A stretch of 64,000 bases of DNA from the NCBI GenBank assembly GCA_973895155.1, contig OZ316896.1:11420730-11484729 (forward strand), in the 5' to 3' direction. This DNA is from Marsupella aquatica (lineage: Eukaryota > Plantae > Marchantiophyta). The notes beneath the pieces were generated by a model. That model saw only the letters and a list, made by a program, of their open reading frames with translations. It was not told the origin of the DNA and did not search any database. This document shows, in pieces, positions 46,990 through 60,611 of the stretch. The translations under genes and the position numbers were made by a program. Position 1 is the first letter of the stretch; each line of letters opens with the position of its first letter.

Positions 46990-47720
46990 TTTGAGAATCC
47001 CCAGGCCGGGCTGGCACAACGGGATCATGGCCTCATTGGGGGTAATGCCTCATAACCAATAGAAAGAAAAACATTCACAAGGGGTTTACATGTAGGGTAA
47101 CCCATGGCCCCAAGGGACTTATGGAATGTAATCCCCAAAGGAGTTGAGCCAGAGGGGGTTAGAGCCATTGCCCCTCAGTGGCAATGGACTAAGCAGCCTA
47201 AGCCCTCGGTGTGATTTGCTCTATTTTTTGACCTGAAAATGTATGCCGGAATTAACTTGGATAACCCTCCAGGCAACATAGGGGGCCTAAAGCTCATAAC
47301 CCCCAAACCAGGCTGGCATGGGGTAATGGCTTATAGCCATCCATAGAAAAATAAAGAGAAAAACCACACAAGGGGTTTAGGTGCAGTAGCATCCCAGAGG
47401 ATGGTTAAGTGGCTTTCAGCCTGTAGCTCCTGAAGAGGTCATGGATTATAGGGCAAGACGCAAGTGTAATTCTGCTCTACTAGCCCAAATACCCATGCGT
47501 ATGCACCAGAGGAGCCCCCATACCCAGAATCCCCATCTGTTCTTACTCACAAACATATTCTGGATATCAAAAACTTTGTTACTAGAGAAAATTTGGCCCA
47601 CATCTTCACTTTATGGAGGTCATGGACATAGACTCTGATTGCCAATTAGAGTTTTGATAGTCATTGGAATTTTTGCAGCATCTTATAACCCCCGGGTTAG
47701 GCTGGCTAGGGGGTGCCCAA
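46990..47720. repeat. Cluster of related palindrome-rich MITE-like repeats
   Basis: 47002-47110 resembles 47304-47400. The segment tgtagggtaacccatgg..ctctattttt.acctgaa..tatgcc at 47091-47248 recurs at 50994-51120. Confidence 0.5.
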
Positions 47721-49189
47721 GGTCTCGTACCTCTGTGCGCTAATTCAAAGGGCCAATTCGCATATCAGGGTCCTGCATCCTTCGGCATGTGTTCAGACAA
47801 ATAAAAGAAGCATCTCAAAAGAGACCCAATCTAGCAGCATAGGACAGTACTTTTGTGGATGTGACGTAAACTTTGCATTCGTGGAGAATGGTGGAAGAAA
47901 CATGAACAAGATCTTGCCTGCTTGTGAAGCCAGATAGTCATGTAAATTCGTAACTTCACGGTTACGAGAAGTAAGCTCCGATCAGGTCTGGTCTCTAAAA
48001 CATAGAAATTTGAGCACGACTGCAATGGATTGGAAAACTAACCGTCGACTTAGGGAGTTCGTTGACTACACAGATACAACGTCATAAATGCACTGGATTT
48101 GCATATGGCAAAGCCGAGAAGGCTGATGGTTTTGCACTAGCCCAAGAGCCTAAACATTAAGCTGACCATGGAATGCTCACTCGGTCAATCTATCATAATA
48201 TATGGCCAGAAGAAAAGGGTTCCAATTGAACTCTAAGATGCAATTCCCGTAAAATACATGTAAACGTATACCTAGTCCACTTAAAGGACCATATGGAAAT
48301 ACATCATGCTGCTTCGTTTAGATTCTCTTCATCCAACTGAAGGCATCGTAAGCCCATCATAGTGGAGTTAACTAAAGCAAACCGAATACAAACAACTGAG
48401 AGGAAGGCACTTCTCATGGAAGAGATCCTCCTCCTATGTTTGCTTGAAAATAAGTACATAGACTATGCAGATAATGGCGACGATTATGGCAAATGCATCG
48501 AACGCAAGGGCAGCCTGAGTCTGTTCACTAAGCTCCATATTTCGTCCTCCAAGAGTATCAACTGGGTTATCGATGAAGTCCCTGTCCGACTCCCATGCCT
48601 GGCCCACATGACAATATTGTCAAGTTAGACTATTTCAAGTATTCAAATTACAATGCCTGAGTGAATTCATCGTCAAACGAAGCTAACACGATTTGAGAGA
48701 GGTTGTCAAGCTCGATAGGCTCAGAGAAAATCACTACAGGTTGTTTCTCAAAGTACCCGGGGATAGGTTATATGTCAGAAAGGCCTAGGTACTAGGGTTG
48801 AGAGGGTAAAGAAATCTGTTCTAAATCTTGCCTTATCGTGTATCCGCAAATTCACCACACTTTTTTAAAGGACTAATGAAGTCTTCAATGGATTGTGGTC
48901 TTACTCAGTCCCCTTACTAGATAATGCCTTCCTGACTCGCTAAAAGTGCAATTCACTCTTAAAGATCATAATCTACCTAACCTAGTCCCTTTGCAACGGC
49001 TGGCCTTTTATCAGGTCAGAGCATAAACCAGTCTTCCTCACATTCGGCTCGGCACAAACTTTATGCCACGATGATGACGAAGAGTTAAACCTTCATGCAC
49101 TTGCAAGGCAATCAGATGAAGGTGAGGGAGGGATTGACCGTGCATATAGCCAGTAGCCAACCTCTTCCTTAATAAGTTAATAAAACAGA

Positions 49190-50594
49190 TCAGATGGCTA
49201 TCACCACGTAGAGGACGTAGGTGCCAAGGATCGCCCATGAGAACAAAAGAGTATGCTGTAAGGAGTTTACCTCCGCTATTCGAGTACCATCGTCTGCCAT
49301 AGTCTTGTCATACTCAGAAGGCATGGTATTCCAACTACCTTGCTGCGGAACGAATTTTTGGGCTAACTGCCAATCATAAACGCGTCTCTGTTCATCACTA
49401 CTGAGCACAGTGTAGGCCTCCTTCAGCCGAACGAATTTCTCAGCAGCTACATCCAAAGGCAACGAGGTGCTATCGGGATGATATGTCTTCGACAACCTCC
49501 GATATGCCGCCTTGATCTCCTCCGCCTCAGCATCTGGCGTCAGTTCAAGATACCTGGATCAAACGATTTCTGACAACGTGTATTTCAGTCTGGTAATCCG
49601 TTAGGGATGACGCTTAAGTCGCACAAATTCCTTACAACGAGCAGAAATCCTTATTGATTCGGTGATGGCCTATGCCAAGGCAAAAGCCCACCACACAAAT
49701 TGAAGTCCCAATTAACACATGGATGGTTATTTTCACCTAATTGTGCTCCCTCGCCCCAAGCTTGACAAAGGTTCATTGATGGAAGGTTCATTGATGGACT
49801 TTGCCGAAGCATATATCGAGGAATTCGCAACCAGCACATCTAGTACTAATTGTGCTCCCTGCACCAAGCTTAACAATGGCTCACTGATGGCTTGTGCCAA
49901 ACAGAAAACCAATCCATTCACTCAAACAGCATTTTTATGCTTTAAAATGATTCAGTGATAGCCTCTGCCAAGGCCAAATCCAATCTAACCGGAATGACAA
50001 CGAGTACCCTCCAAACAGCTTCTTCAAACGTATTCACCTACTTACACTAAGTCTATACCAGACTTGAATTCAGAATCTATACCAGGCATGAATTCAGCCT
50101 TCAAAAACAACCCCTGCAGCATTCCAATTCAAATCCTCCTAGCGTTGTCAATTATGGTTGCATCCTTGTCAAGCACATAAATTGTGATAGCAAAATGGGT
50201 GACTCAGCTGGGGGATTACGTACCGGTAGTGAGTATCAGAAGCTTGGACGAGAATTCCCAGCAGAGAATCACTCCGGCCAATTCGCCAGCTGCTCAGGAC
50301 CTCCTCCGTGGAAGACACATCGGGGCTCGGGGCATCTGCTTGCTGATTCCCGCCGAGCCACCCTTCGTCGGAGGATCCCCAGTGAATTCTCGTATCCTTG
50401 CTCGGATCCCGCGCGTTCTGCTGGGCGCCCGCAAAATTGCCACCCCCGGACTCATCTGCAGACGCACGGATTGACAACGAAGGTGTCGACCAGGAATTGA
50501 CCCAAAGCATTCGAGAGTGCTGCTGACTCAAGCCGATGGGGAACGTCAGCTGCTGTAGTGGGCGATGAGCCGGGATCCGCAATCCCGTCAACAT
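49190..50594 (-). CDS. NdhT: Chloroplast NDH complex subunit T (J-domain protein CRRJ), two exons (50594-50224 and 49553-49190), about 244 aa
   Basis: Transit-peptide-like N-terminus, DTRIHWGSSDEGWLGG, J-domain HYR|YLEL..EIKAAYRRLSKTYHPDSTSLPL..EKFVRLKEAYTVLS..RRVYDWQLAQ, C-terminal hydrophobic helix, in-phase GT-AG intron. Confidence 0.9.
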
Positions 50595-51090
50595 CGTCGA
50601 ACTCCTTCGGTGCCGCGCATACAAATTCCTGGCCTGTCGGAAGAAGAATCTCACTGGATTGGAGTGGAGTGATATGATTGCGATTCACAGAGCACGAAAT
50701 GGTTTTCCCGGTCTCAACTTCAACTCTTTCTCAAGAATGAATGAGCTCCAATGGCAGTGAATGAAGTGCAATGGAGATGGAAAGTAATGGCGGATAGAGT
50801 CTCACTCTCTCTCTCGAGCTCAAGAGTGAATGAGCTCCAACGACATTGAATGGAGCCCAATGGAGACGGAAAGCTATGGCGGACGAAGTGTATTGGATGC
50901 CACAAATCAACGAGACTTGTGCTCCGTTTGGATTGTCACAGCTGCTCACATCGCCACCCTTCATCCTTGACCCTTGGGGGCTTGGCAAGAACGTGTAGGG
51001 TAACCCATGGTCCCAGGGGGGTTATTGGAAGAGCCCACCATGGTCCCCTAGTGACCATGGATTAACCCCTGTAAGCCCCGAGGGTAGTTT

Positions 51091-51238
51091 TACTCTATTT
51101 TTTACCTGAATATTATGCCTTGAATTCTAGTCTATTTTTGAACTGAAAATTATGCCTAGAATTGTACTCTGTTTTTGAACTGAAAATTATGCCTAAAATT
51201 GTACTCTATTTTTTACCTGAAAATTATGCCTAAAATTG
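51091..51238. repeat. 37-bp tandem repeat, about 4 copies
   Basis: tactct(a/g)ttttt(t/g)a(c/a)ctgaaaattatgcct(a)gaatt is repeated. Confidence 0.85.
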
Positions 51239-51296
51239 GATATCTGAGTAGGCAGGCTAGCCAAGGGGGCCAAACAAATGATCCCATTGATCCAAG

Positions 51297-51570
51297 AATT
51301 TTGCTTTTAGGTTTCATCACCAGCTGTCATCCCAACTTAACTGTCCTGTTGATCTATTGTAGCATTTTGCTCTTAGATTTCATCCTAAAACTATTCTTCA
51401 CTTGTAACATTTGCTCTTAGATTTCATCATGAACTATTTGTCCCTTATAACGATTTGCTCATAGAAATCATCACAAAACCTAATTTTCGCTTGTAACATT
51501 TGATTTTAGATCTTATCACAGCCTCTCCATCACTTGTCACATTTTGCTCTTAGATTCATCACAACCATTC
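51297..51570. repeat. Degenerate tandem array of about 44 bp, with related units resuming after the copia element
   Basis: aacattttgctcttagatttcatcac occurs about 6 times; a related unit lies at 58370-58400. Confidence 0.75.
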
Positions 51571-53512
51571 CTCTCAAGCTACCTGTCCACTTTGGCCTTA
51601 CAGAAAATTGAGTATTAGGTTTCACCCATATGTTCGTGTTAGATATTGCTCTAGTCTTGTGACTCATGAGCTAACCACAATTAGTCTAACTCTGGTTAGG
51701 ACTTAGCTGGTGTGCATATAGCCAGGGCTGATGCTAGACCCTGGTGGAACTTAGGCTCATTGTTACGGAGCTAGTTGAGAGATAGGGAGAGCTTGTGCTG
51801 TGGATGCTTGGTATGGCCAGTCGGCCTAGAGTGCAGTAAAGCTCTTGTGTGTTCCCGTGGACGTAGCCTCATGTGGAGGTGAACCACATATCTCTCTGTG
51901 TCGACTATTGTGCGTTGGATGTTTCATGGGCTTACCGTTACGAATGTCGTCTATGTCAACAAGTGGTATCAGAGCATGCCTGGGAGGTGACGAGGTTTTT
52001 TTTCGTGACGGGTTTTCCAGCGTTCATTGTCGATGGTACATTCGGAGTTTCGTCGCATGAAACTCAAATGTGTGTGGCTGTGAGGATAGGTTAGTGAGAG
52101 GGCTTTCTAACGGTGGTTAGAACTCGCTGATCGGTATCCGTGGTGCGGAGAAATCGAAGTTTGCGTCGTTCAGGTTTTATTCGTGTTCGACGGCTTTTCG
52201 GGGGAGAGACCAGAGTTTGTGTTTTTCAACAGTGTGAGTTGTGCGGTGCAGGAGGGATCGCACATTATAGCTCAAGTTGAAGGTTGAAGCGAGCTGGTCA
52301 TTTCGGTAGCTGGATTGCTGCCGAGTTGTTACCGAGTGCGACGTGACGAGTGAAGGAGGCGTTCAGGTTTTTTCACAAGCTATGGAGCTTGTTCTCATCT
52401 GAACCGGGTTTCTCTTCGTGACATCCGACTCGGTGGAAGAAACGCAAAGTGCCACGGCTCAACGGTTTGATCGCAGCGAAGCGATCATTTTGAGCCCGGG
52501 TTTGGCACTTGACGCGGAGTGAGTGCGACGTGACGGAAAGTTTTTTCTCTGTTGAAACTGCAGACTGTGCCGGTGAAATTTAGAAACTTTTTCCGTCCGT
52601 AGTTGGCACTTTCTTTGTTTGAAACGACAGTGATTAAGGTGTGTAATCAGCAAATCTTGCTTTAGGGTTAATTTTTGCCTTTTTTGGGGGGGTTTAAGGG
52701 TCATTTTTTTTTGTGTGTATACACACCGGCCCCTTTTGGTACCCCCGTCGTTACCCCCCCTCCCACCGTGTATACAAGCCCTCCCGCTGCCCACGCCGGC
52801 CCTGCCCACCCCGTCCTCCTTCGCGTACCAGCCCACTCGCCGGCGCCCCTCCCCGACGCGAGGCGCACTCGCGCCTCCGACCCGAAACCTTTGTTTTTCT
52901 TTGTACTCGCCCGCCTAGACGCCCTGTACACCCCCTGGCCCGCCTCGCGTCGCGCATACGCGGATGCGTGTTTTTTACTCCGTATTTCAGTTAAGGGGCC
53001 TTAGCACCCCCTTTAGGGCACTTTCTTATTGCTTTTTTCCCTCTCCTTGGTTGTCCTGTGTGCCGGGACCTGCCGCCCTCCATTTTAACCGCTCCAACAC
53101 AGGGAACGGCCCCCTGTGAGACCTGTCGGACTATGCAGGACTATTCCCAAAAAAACAGAGAGCTGTTTTTTGGCCATCCGACAAAGATTTTATCCGCCAA
53201 ACGGTAACTTTTTTGGTTCTTTTTCGGTGAGGACGTTGCCCCTGGCGTTAGCAACGCGGCACACCAATCACATTGCGATTCCGACGACGGGTTGTACTGG
53301 GTATTTTGGTTATTCTCCGAGGTGGTCAAAACGGGGGAGTTTCCCAAGGTTTTACCCACCCCGACCAAAATTTGAATAACTTTTCCGTAGAATTTCGATT
53401 TTGATTTCGGCTTTCAGTATTGGACTCCTAGCTTCGTGGGCTACGCGGCGGTGTTGAGTTTTGAGTTTTATGAGAAGTTTCGAAAAAAGACGTTTTTTTG
53501 TGATTGTTTCAT

Positions 53513-54568
53513 ATGAGTGACTCGGAGGATACTGGAAGAATTGGCGTGGGTGGAGCTTCAGGATCGCGACGATCAGACGGTGAGTCTGAGGAGGAGCTGC
53601 TACCGTTTGAGGAGGAACTTGTGACACTGGTAAGATCACCGGTGTGGCGTGCAATGAAGGAAGCTGTACTACTACCAGAGCTGTTGGTAGTGGGGAAGAA
53701 GAGGGAGATGGCTAGATTTGGAGGAGTGAAGTTTGAGGTGGAGAAGTACGATGGTCGTACTGATTACTTGCTGTGGGAGAAGCAAGTGAAGGGTGTTCTA
53801 CGGGCCATGGGCTTAGCTCATCTGCTCTCTTCGCGAGAGCAGTATGATGGAGAGGAGGAGATTTCTGTGGGATAGTGGAGACAGGAGCAGGTGATTGCTG
53901 TCAATGCAATAATGCTATATCTCAAGCCGCACATCATCAAGCAGCTGGATGATTATGCGGATTGCGCGTCACTGTTCAAGGCTCTAAGAGAGAAGTACTA
54001 CCGGGAAGATGCGTTAGACCGGTTGTACAAGAAGTCTCTCTTGATGAGCCTCAGGCTCAAGGAACGGAGCAAGATGCAAGATCACCTAGATGAGTTTGAC
54101 AGTCTAGCGGTGGATCTGTCAAACCTGGGAAAAGAGGTTGAAGATGAGGATAAGGCCTTGCTTCTGCTAAGCTCCTTACCGTCATCTTATCAGGGCTTGA
54201 AACAAGTGCTCTTGTATAGAGATCTAAAATCCATTTCGTATAATGAGGTGGTGAGCTCTTTACTGTCTGATGATGCTCAGAAGAAGCTGGGTCAATCACA
54301 GACAACATCTTCTTCTGGCACTGCGCTCAATGTGAATAGGGGAAGAGCAGCGCAACGCTCGAATGGGCAGAACATGTTTAGATCTACATCACGGGGGAGA
54401 TCTAAATCCAGAGAGAAATCGCAAGAAAGGAAGTCTCTTGCATGTTGGAATTGTGGCAAGCCTGGCCACATGAAAAGGGATTGTCGAGTAAAGGTCCCTA
54501 CTGCCTCTGCTAACGCCGCATCAAGCTCGCATGAGGTAGATTTACTCAATGATGATGACATATTGTGA
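53513..54568 (+). pseudogene. gag: Copia gag
   Basis: FEVEKYDGRTDYLLWEKQVK, LLLLSSLPSSY and the zinc knuckle CWNCGKPGHMKRDC. In-frame TAG at 53873-53875. Confidence 0.9.
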
Positions 54569-57500
54569 TGTCAAGGTTATGCTCTCAATGTAGTGTCAAA
54601 TCCAGGTAGTGATGATTGGATTCTAGATAGTGCATGTACTTTTCACATTTGCTCTAGGAGAGATTGTTTTAGTTCTTATACAGTTTCCAACGGGTCAGTG
54701 TTGATGGGAAATGGAATCCCATGTCAAGTTGTTGGACTTGGATCTGTAAGATTTCAGATGTTTGATGGTGCTGTGAGAACATTGAGGAATGTGAGACATA
54801 TTCTCAGCATGATGAAAAATCTCATTTCACTTGGAGTTTTAGAAGCAAATGACCATCAGTGGAGTTCTGCTAATGGTGTCCTTCAGGTTTCAACTAGTAC
54901 TAAAGTTGTATTGAAGGGAAAGAGACATTGCAATCTATATATTTTGGAGGGCAGTGTAGTCTGTGATGAAGCCAATGTAACCTTATCTCATGAGGAGATG
55001 ACCCAGCTGTGGCAATTCCGTTTGGGCCACATGAGTGAAAAAGGTTTGGTTATTCTTCAGAAGAAAGGATTACTTTCTAATTTGCAATCTTGTAAGTTTG
55101 AATTTTGTGAGTACTGTGTGCTAGGGAAGCAGCACAGGAAACCCTTCGGAGTTGAAACTCACACCAGCAAGGAGGTACTTGAGTATGTACATAGTGATGT
55201 GTGGGGTCCAGCCCCTACTCCCTCACATTCTGGACGGTTATACTATGTCACGTTCATAGATGATTACTCAATATATGTGTGGATATACTTTCTACACAAT
55301 AAGTCTGATATTTTTGCCACTTTTGAGGAGTGGAAAGCCCAAGTTGAGAATCAGACTGGTAATAAGGTGAGATATCTTCGATCGGATAACGGCGGTGAAT
55401 ACAATTCCGGGGAATTTGGAACGTATTGTAAGGAGCAGGGGATTACCCGCCATCTCACAACAAGTTATACTCCTCAGTAGAATGGTATTTCTGAGAGACT
55501 CAACCAAACACTATTGGACCGCTCGAGGAGTATGTTGAGTCAATCATGCTTACCACATGAGTTTTGGGCTGAAGCTGTCAACACTTCAACTTATTTGGTA
55601 AATTTTTCTCCATCCAGTTCTATTGGATTCAAGACGCCATTTGAAATGAGGTACGGGCGTCCAACAGATTACTCACATCTGAGGATTTTTGGATGTGATG
55701 CTTATGTGCTTACACTTTCCCAACTTCGATCCAAGCTGGAGTCCAAGTCGAAGAAGTGCATTTTCCTTGGCTATCAGAAAGGTGTGAAGGGTTATAGGTT
55801 ATGGGATCCAATAACCTGTAAACTAATTGTCAGTAGAGATGTGTCATTTAATGAATCTAGATCATCAAAGGAGGGGGAGAGTTCTCAAGACTCCCACACT
55901 GACAAGGGGAAATCTCCCATCCCGGACTGGGTTGAGGGGGAGATTAGTCATGATGGAGAAGCTCCGGGCTTGGAGCTGGTTCCTGTGATGGAACAAGAGG
56001 AGCATATTGTTGCTAGGGTACCTCAAATTCAACCAGCAGCAGCAACAGATCAGCCTGAGTCATCTACTAGAAGAACTTCCAGTCGTTCTACTAGAGCTCC
56101 TACCAGGTATGGTCAATGGGCAGACTCATCTAAGCTAGATGATATTGACATTGCACCTGATGAAGATGATATGGCTTTGATCTTGGAAGAAGGAGAGCCT
56201 TTTTCGTATAGTGAGGCTTGTGCTTCAGAGCAGAAGCATGAGTGGAATGCAGCAATGCAGAGGGAGTTGCAATCTTTGAGTGACAACAAGACATGGGAGC
56301 TGGTGGAGCTTCCAAGAGGTCAGCAAGTGGTGGACAGCAAGTGGATTTACAAGTTGAACGATAGTCCTTTAGAGGGTGGAGACAAGATCTACAAGGCAAG
56401 GCTTGTTGCCAAGGGATTCACTCAGGAGAAAGGAGTGGATTACAATGAGGTCTTTTCACCGGTGGCTAAGTATTCCACAATTCGGATCTTGTGTCAGCTT
56501 GTTGTGTTTTTTGGTCTGGTGATGGATCAGATGGATGTTGTTACTGTTTTTCTCTGTGGCAACTTGGAAGAGATGATCTTCATGAGACAGCCACTAGGCT
56601 TTATGAAGAAGGGCCAAGAGAACTTAGTTTGCAGATTGCTCAAGTCCTTGTATGGATTGAAGCAGTCTCCTAGACAGTGGAACAAGCGGTTTGATGATTT
56701 CATGCTTGTTCAAGGTTTTACAAGGATTGTGTATGATCCTTGTGTGTATACAAAATCAATCAAGAATGAGGTATTTGGTTTCATCATTCTGGTGATCTAT
56801 GTGGATGACATGCTGATTGTGGCTAAAGATCAATCTGAGGTTGACAGTCTCAAGGCAAAATTGAGTGCTGAATTCAGGATGAAGGATCTTGGTAAGGCCA
56901 AGAGGATCTTAGGGATGGAGATTTTTAGGAACTCTGAGATTGGACAGTTGTGCTTGAGTCAAGGCCAATGCGAGGAAAGTACTTGCACGATTCAACATGG
57001 AGAACTGTAAGCCAGTCAGTATTCCTTTAGCTTCACATTTCAAGTTATCATCGGCTTTCTCTCCTACGGATGCTGTGGAGAAAGGTCTGATGGCTAAGAT
57101 TCCTTATGAGAGAGGCAGTAGGCAGTCTGATGTATTTGATGACTTGTACTAGGCCTGACTTGGCCCTAGCAATGGGCAAGGTTAGCAGATTCATGTCAAA
57201 TCCAGGAAAGGTACACTGGGAAGCTGTGAAATGGATTCTCAAGTATGTGAAGGGAACACGGGACTATGGATTACTATTTGATGCCAAATCAGATAGAACG
57301 TTAGTTGGCTATGTAGATTCTGACTATGGAGGCTGTCTGGATACAAGGAGGTCTACAACTGGGTTTGTATACACTCTTGGAGGAGGATGTATCAGTTGGA
57401 AATCTACCTTGCAGAAGTGCATATCTCAGTCTACTACAGAAACAGAGTATGTTGCAGCAACAGAAGCAACAAAGGAAGCAATTTGGTTGGACAAGTTGAT

Positions 57501-57765
57501 CGTGGAGATGGGTTTAGAGCATGGCAAAATGACTCTAAACAGTGATAGTCAGAGTGCTCTTCACTTGGCTGCTAACCAGGTGATGGATAGCAGGGTGAAG
57601 CACATTGACATCAGGTACCATTTTATCAGGCAAGCAGTGTCTGATAAAACTTTTGAGCTAGTCAAGGTTGATGGAAAGCTCAATCCCGCTGATGCTTTTA
57701 TCAAAGTGATTCTTTTGGAGAGTTTTTCAAGACACCGTGCTACTTTGCAGGTTTTGCAATTGTAG
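54569..57765 (+). pseudogene. pol: Copia pol (protease-integrase-RT-RNase H)
   Basis: WILDSAC (protease); HSDVWG, FIDDYS, RSDNGGEY and GYRLWDP (integrase); YKARLVAKG, SLYGLKQ and YVDDML (RT); GYVDSDY and KHIDIRYH (RNase H). Stop at 55478-80 and frameshifts near 56970-57110. Confidence 0.93.
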
Positions 57766-58958
57766 TGCAAATATAGTTATTTAGCAATGTGTGACTATTT
57801 GTATATGGATTACTCATTCCTGTTAGGCTACGGCTTAGTTCTAGTTAACCCTTAGCTAACCCTTGTGGTTTTTAGGGGAAGACTTGGTTTGGTGATTGTC
57901 TAGAACTTCCCATTGAGGATTCCATATGGTAGCATTTAGTCTAGTCCCCAAGACAAGAGTCAAGGGGGAGTTTGTTAGATATTGCTCTAGTTTTGTGACT
58001 CATGAGCTAACCACAGTTAGTCTAACTCTGGTTAGGACTTAGCTGGTGTGCATATAGCCAGGGCTGATGCTAGACCTTGGTGGAACTTAGGCTCGTTGTT
58101 ACGGAGCTAGTTGAGAGATAGGGAGAGCTTGTGCTGTGGATGCTTGGTATGGCCGGTCGGCCTAGAGTGCAGTAAAGCTCTTGTGTGTTCCCGTGGACGT
58201 AGCCTCATGTGGAGGTGAACCACGTATCTCTCTGTGTCGACTATTGTGCGTTGGATGTTTCATGGGCTTACCGTTACGAATGTCGTCTATGCTCAACAGT
58301 TCCAAGATTTTATTTTTACATTCATCACAACCTTTTATATCGAACCTACCCATCCTCTTTGTCACTTAAAACATTTTGCTCGTAGATTTCATCACAACCT
58401 TTCATCTCAAGGCACTGGTCCACTTTGGCTTTACATAAAATTGACCATTGGATTTCATCTGCTCATACAATGTGACCAGTCCACTTTGGCTGTATATGAA
58501 ATTATTTATTAGGTTTTGTGACATCTGGCCAGGAAGAACTGGACAGTTTCGGATGAAACTTGAAGCTAGTAACAAGTTAAAGGTAGTATACTTTGGTAAT
58601 ATATTAAAAATTCATCAAAACTGGGTTAGAAGTTTGTATTGAGTTCATTTGACAAAATCAGCGTGCATTGGACAAAGACAGTCTTAAAAAATAGTGGATT
58701 TGTTTCTTATGTATGCAATTATAATTTCTGTGGGTTTTCAGTTGGGTTTAGGATCTAAGTTATAAAAAACAAAGAATGTAACCAGAGGCCAATAAATCAG
58801 TTATCAAGAAAAGGGTGTATTGCACTGGCATTGCACTAGTTAATTATTAAGAATATAACCAGAGGCCAATATGTGTGGGATTTCTCACTGCTCCCCGAGC
58901 AATAATTCTCGTAGAGACCTTCCTCATCACGGCCATGGTGGCCAGCTGGTTTCTTTGA

Positions 58959-59721
58959 ATGGGAATATCATTCTATATCTTGGGAGGAGAAAACTGTCCA
59001 TTTGGTAATGATGCGAGTGACAAAGTGTTTGTTTATGATGTGGCTGGGTCAATGCAGTGGAAAAGGTGTGCGGGTATGTGTGAAGCACGACCACATTTTG
59101 GATGTGGTGTCATGCACGGCACGATTTATGTGTTTGGAGGTGTTAAGCTCAAACTGGCTGGTGTTAACAAATTCTGCGGATCAGAGGTGTATGACCCCGA
59201 GCGGGACCCCGAGAAAGATCTATGGTCTCGTATCAAGCCAATCAGTGAGAAATATGATTATTGAGTTGAAACTCTGGGAGAGTTGTTTTATGTGCACAGC
59301 AGGCGTGATCGATACAAGCAGATTGGAAATTTTCCCCATGCTTATTATTCACTGGATATTTATCATCCTGTCAAGGATGAATGGAGAGTCGTGAATACTT
59401 CTGGGAGGGACAGCAGCGACGTCTTGTTTGTTGCACGGGAAAAGCGCATTCAGTGAAATTGTCGGGTTGATTTCTACGATGCAGAGGAAGACTCTTGGAC
59501 AGAAATACTTGTTTCCTTTCTTTAGACCGGCTCTCCTCCTTGCAGATGTTCTAGTTGTGGATGACGAGCTACTAGTCAAGGTGCTGCTTAAAAAAAGCAG
59601 TCACATCCTCGATGTGTTCTGTGAAAAAAGTAAAGGGTTCGGTGGCGAGAGAAAGGAGATCGTGTGGGCGCAAGCCCCATCTGCATTGCGTGCCTATGAA
59701 GTAAGCACAATTCTGCTTTAA
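58959..59721 (+). pseudogene. Kelch-repeat protein fragment (F-box/Kelch-like), disrupted
   Basis: FYILGG..VFVYD...WKRCAGMCEARPHFGCGVMHGTIYVFGG..SEVYDPE..W Kelch pattern. Stop at 59262-64 and frameshifts downstream. No F-box is visible upstream. Confidence 0.75.
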
Positions 59722-60611
59722 GCAGACTACTGTTCGATGACTGACATTATCACGTAAAATAATCATATAGCGACATGCATGGCAAGTACCTGCACAAGGA
59801 TGTGCAATGCAGAATGAACTCAAATCTATAAGTAGTGGTGTAGGGCAAGCTAAAAAATGTGTGCTAGGTAGTCGTTGTCATACCAGACAATGATTACACT
59901 TACTGTGTGTCCATTTCATGAAATCAAATCGATGAGATTCTCACAATTTCCAATAAAGACATGCGTTTTTCTACCACCCAACGTACTAAGCACTATCCGG
60001 TCCTCTCTGTGCCACCTGCAAGAGCTATCTGCAATTGAACTGGCCATAATTCATCATGACCTATTCTTCTCAGCTGCTGCTAAAACGTCTTTTGGAGGTC
60101 ACCGCTCCCAATTGCACTACTCTGCTGTTGCTCTTCCGTCTGTGATGTTGCTGTTGCTGGATACTGATGTCATCTTGGATAGAGCTATAGCTTCTGCAGG
60201 GCTTAGCGTGAAAGATTACTTTAGCCATTGTTACTGTGAAGCGAAGGTGGCGAAGAAGCCGAGTTTCATAAGATGAGGGAAGACTCGGGGGAAAGAAAAT
60301 TGCTCACCGATATGGCGAGGAGGATATGGTGGAAGCCCATCGCCAAAGCTGCTTCACGTGTCACTTTTCATTGTAATGGCTCAAAAAAATTCATCGACTC
60401 AAAACTGATCTCTTCCAAATCTAACCCCTACTATCGCCCTCCAATTCACCCAATACTTCGGTGCCTGTGGCAAGTGGAACCCAGATTGTGATACCAATTC
60501 CATCTCCCTATTGTTTACACATTGTCTTAGTCCACTATCAATTAAGGAACCCGGCCCATGACCAGAGCTACCACAGAATGAGCGTGATGAAGCCGCCTAC
60601 GATGAGAGAGA

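Larger units (their letters stand above)
51637..58298 (+). mobile_element. Full-length Ty1/copia LTR retrotransposon, inactivated
   Basis: LTRs 51637-51961 and 57973-58298 (TG...CA; 6 substitutions and 1 indel). PBS TGGTATCAGAGC (tRNA-iMet) at 51964-51975. PPT AAGGGGGAG just before the 3' LTR. TSD GTTCG/GTTCC. Confidence 0.97.

Noticed and set aside
49739-49872. GTGCTCCCT motifs resembling the miR156/529 complement
   Set aside because: They are direct repeats within the NdhT intron. Only about 10 nt match and there is no hairpin.
51091-51570. CRISPR-like appearance of the 37-bp and 44-bp repeats
   Set aside because: The units are contiguous degenerate tandem repeats without unique spacers. 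There are no cas genes and the context is eukaryotic.
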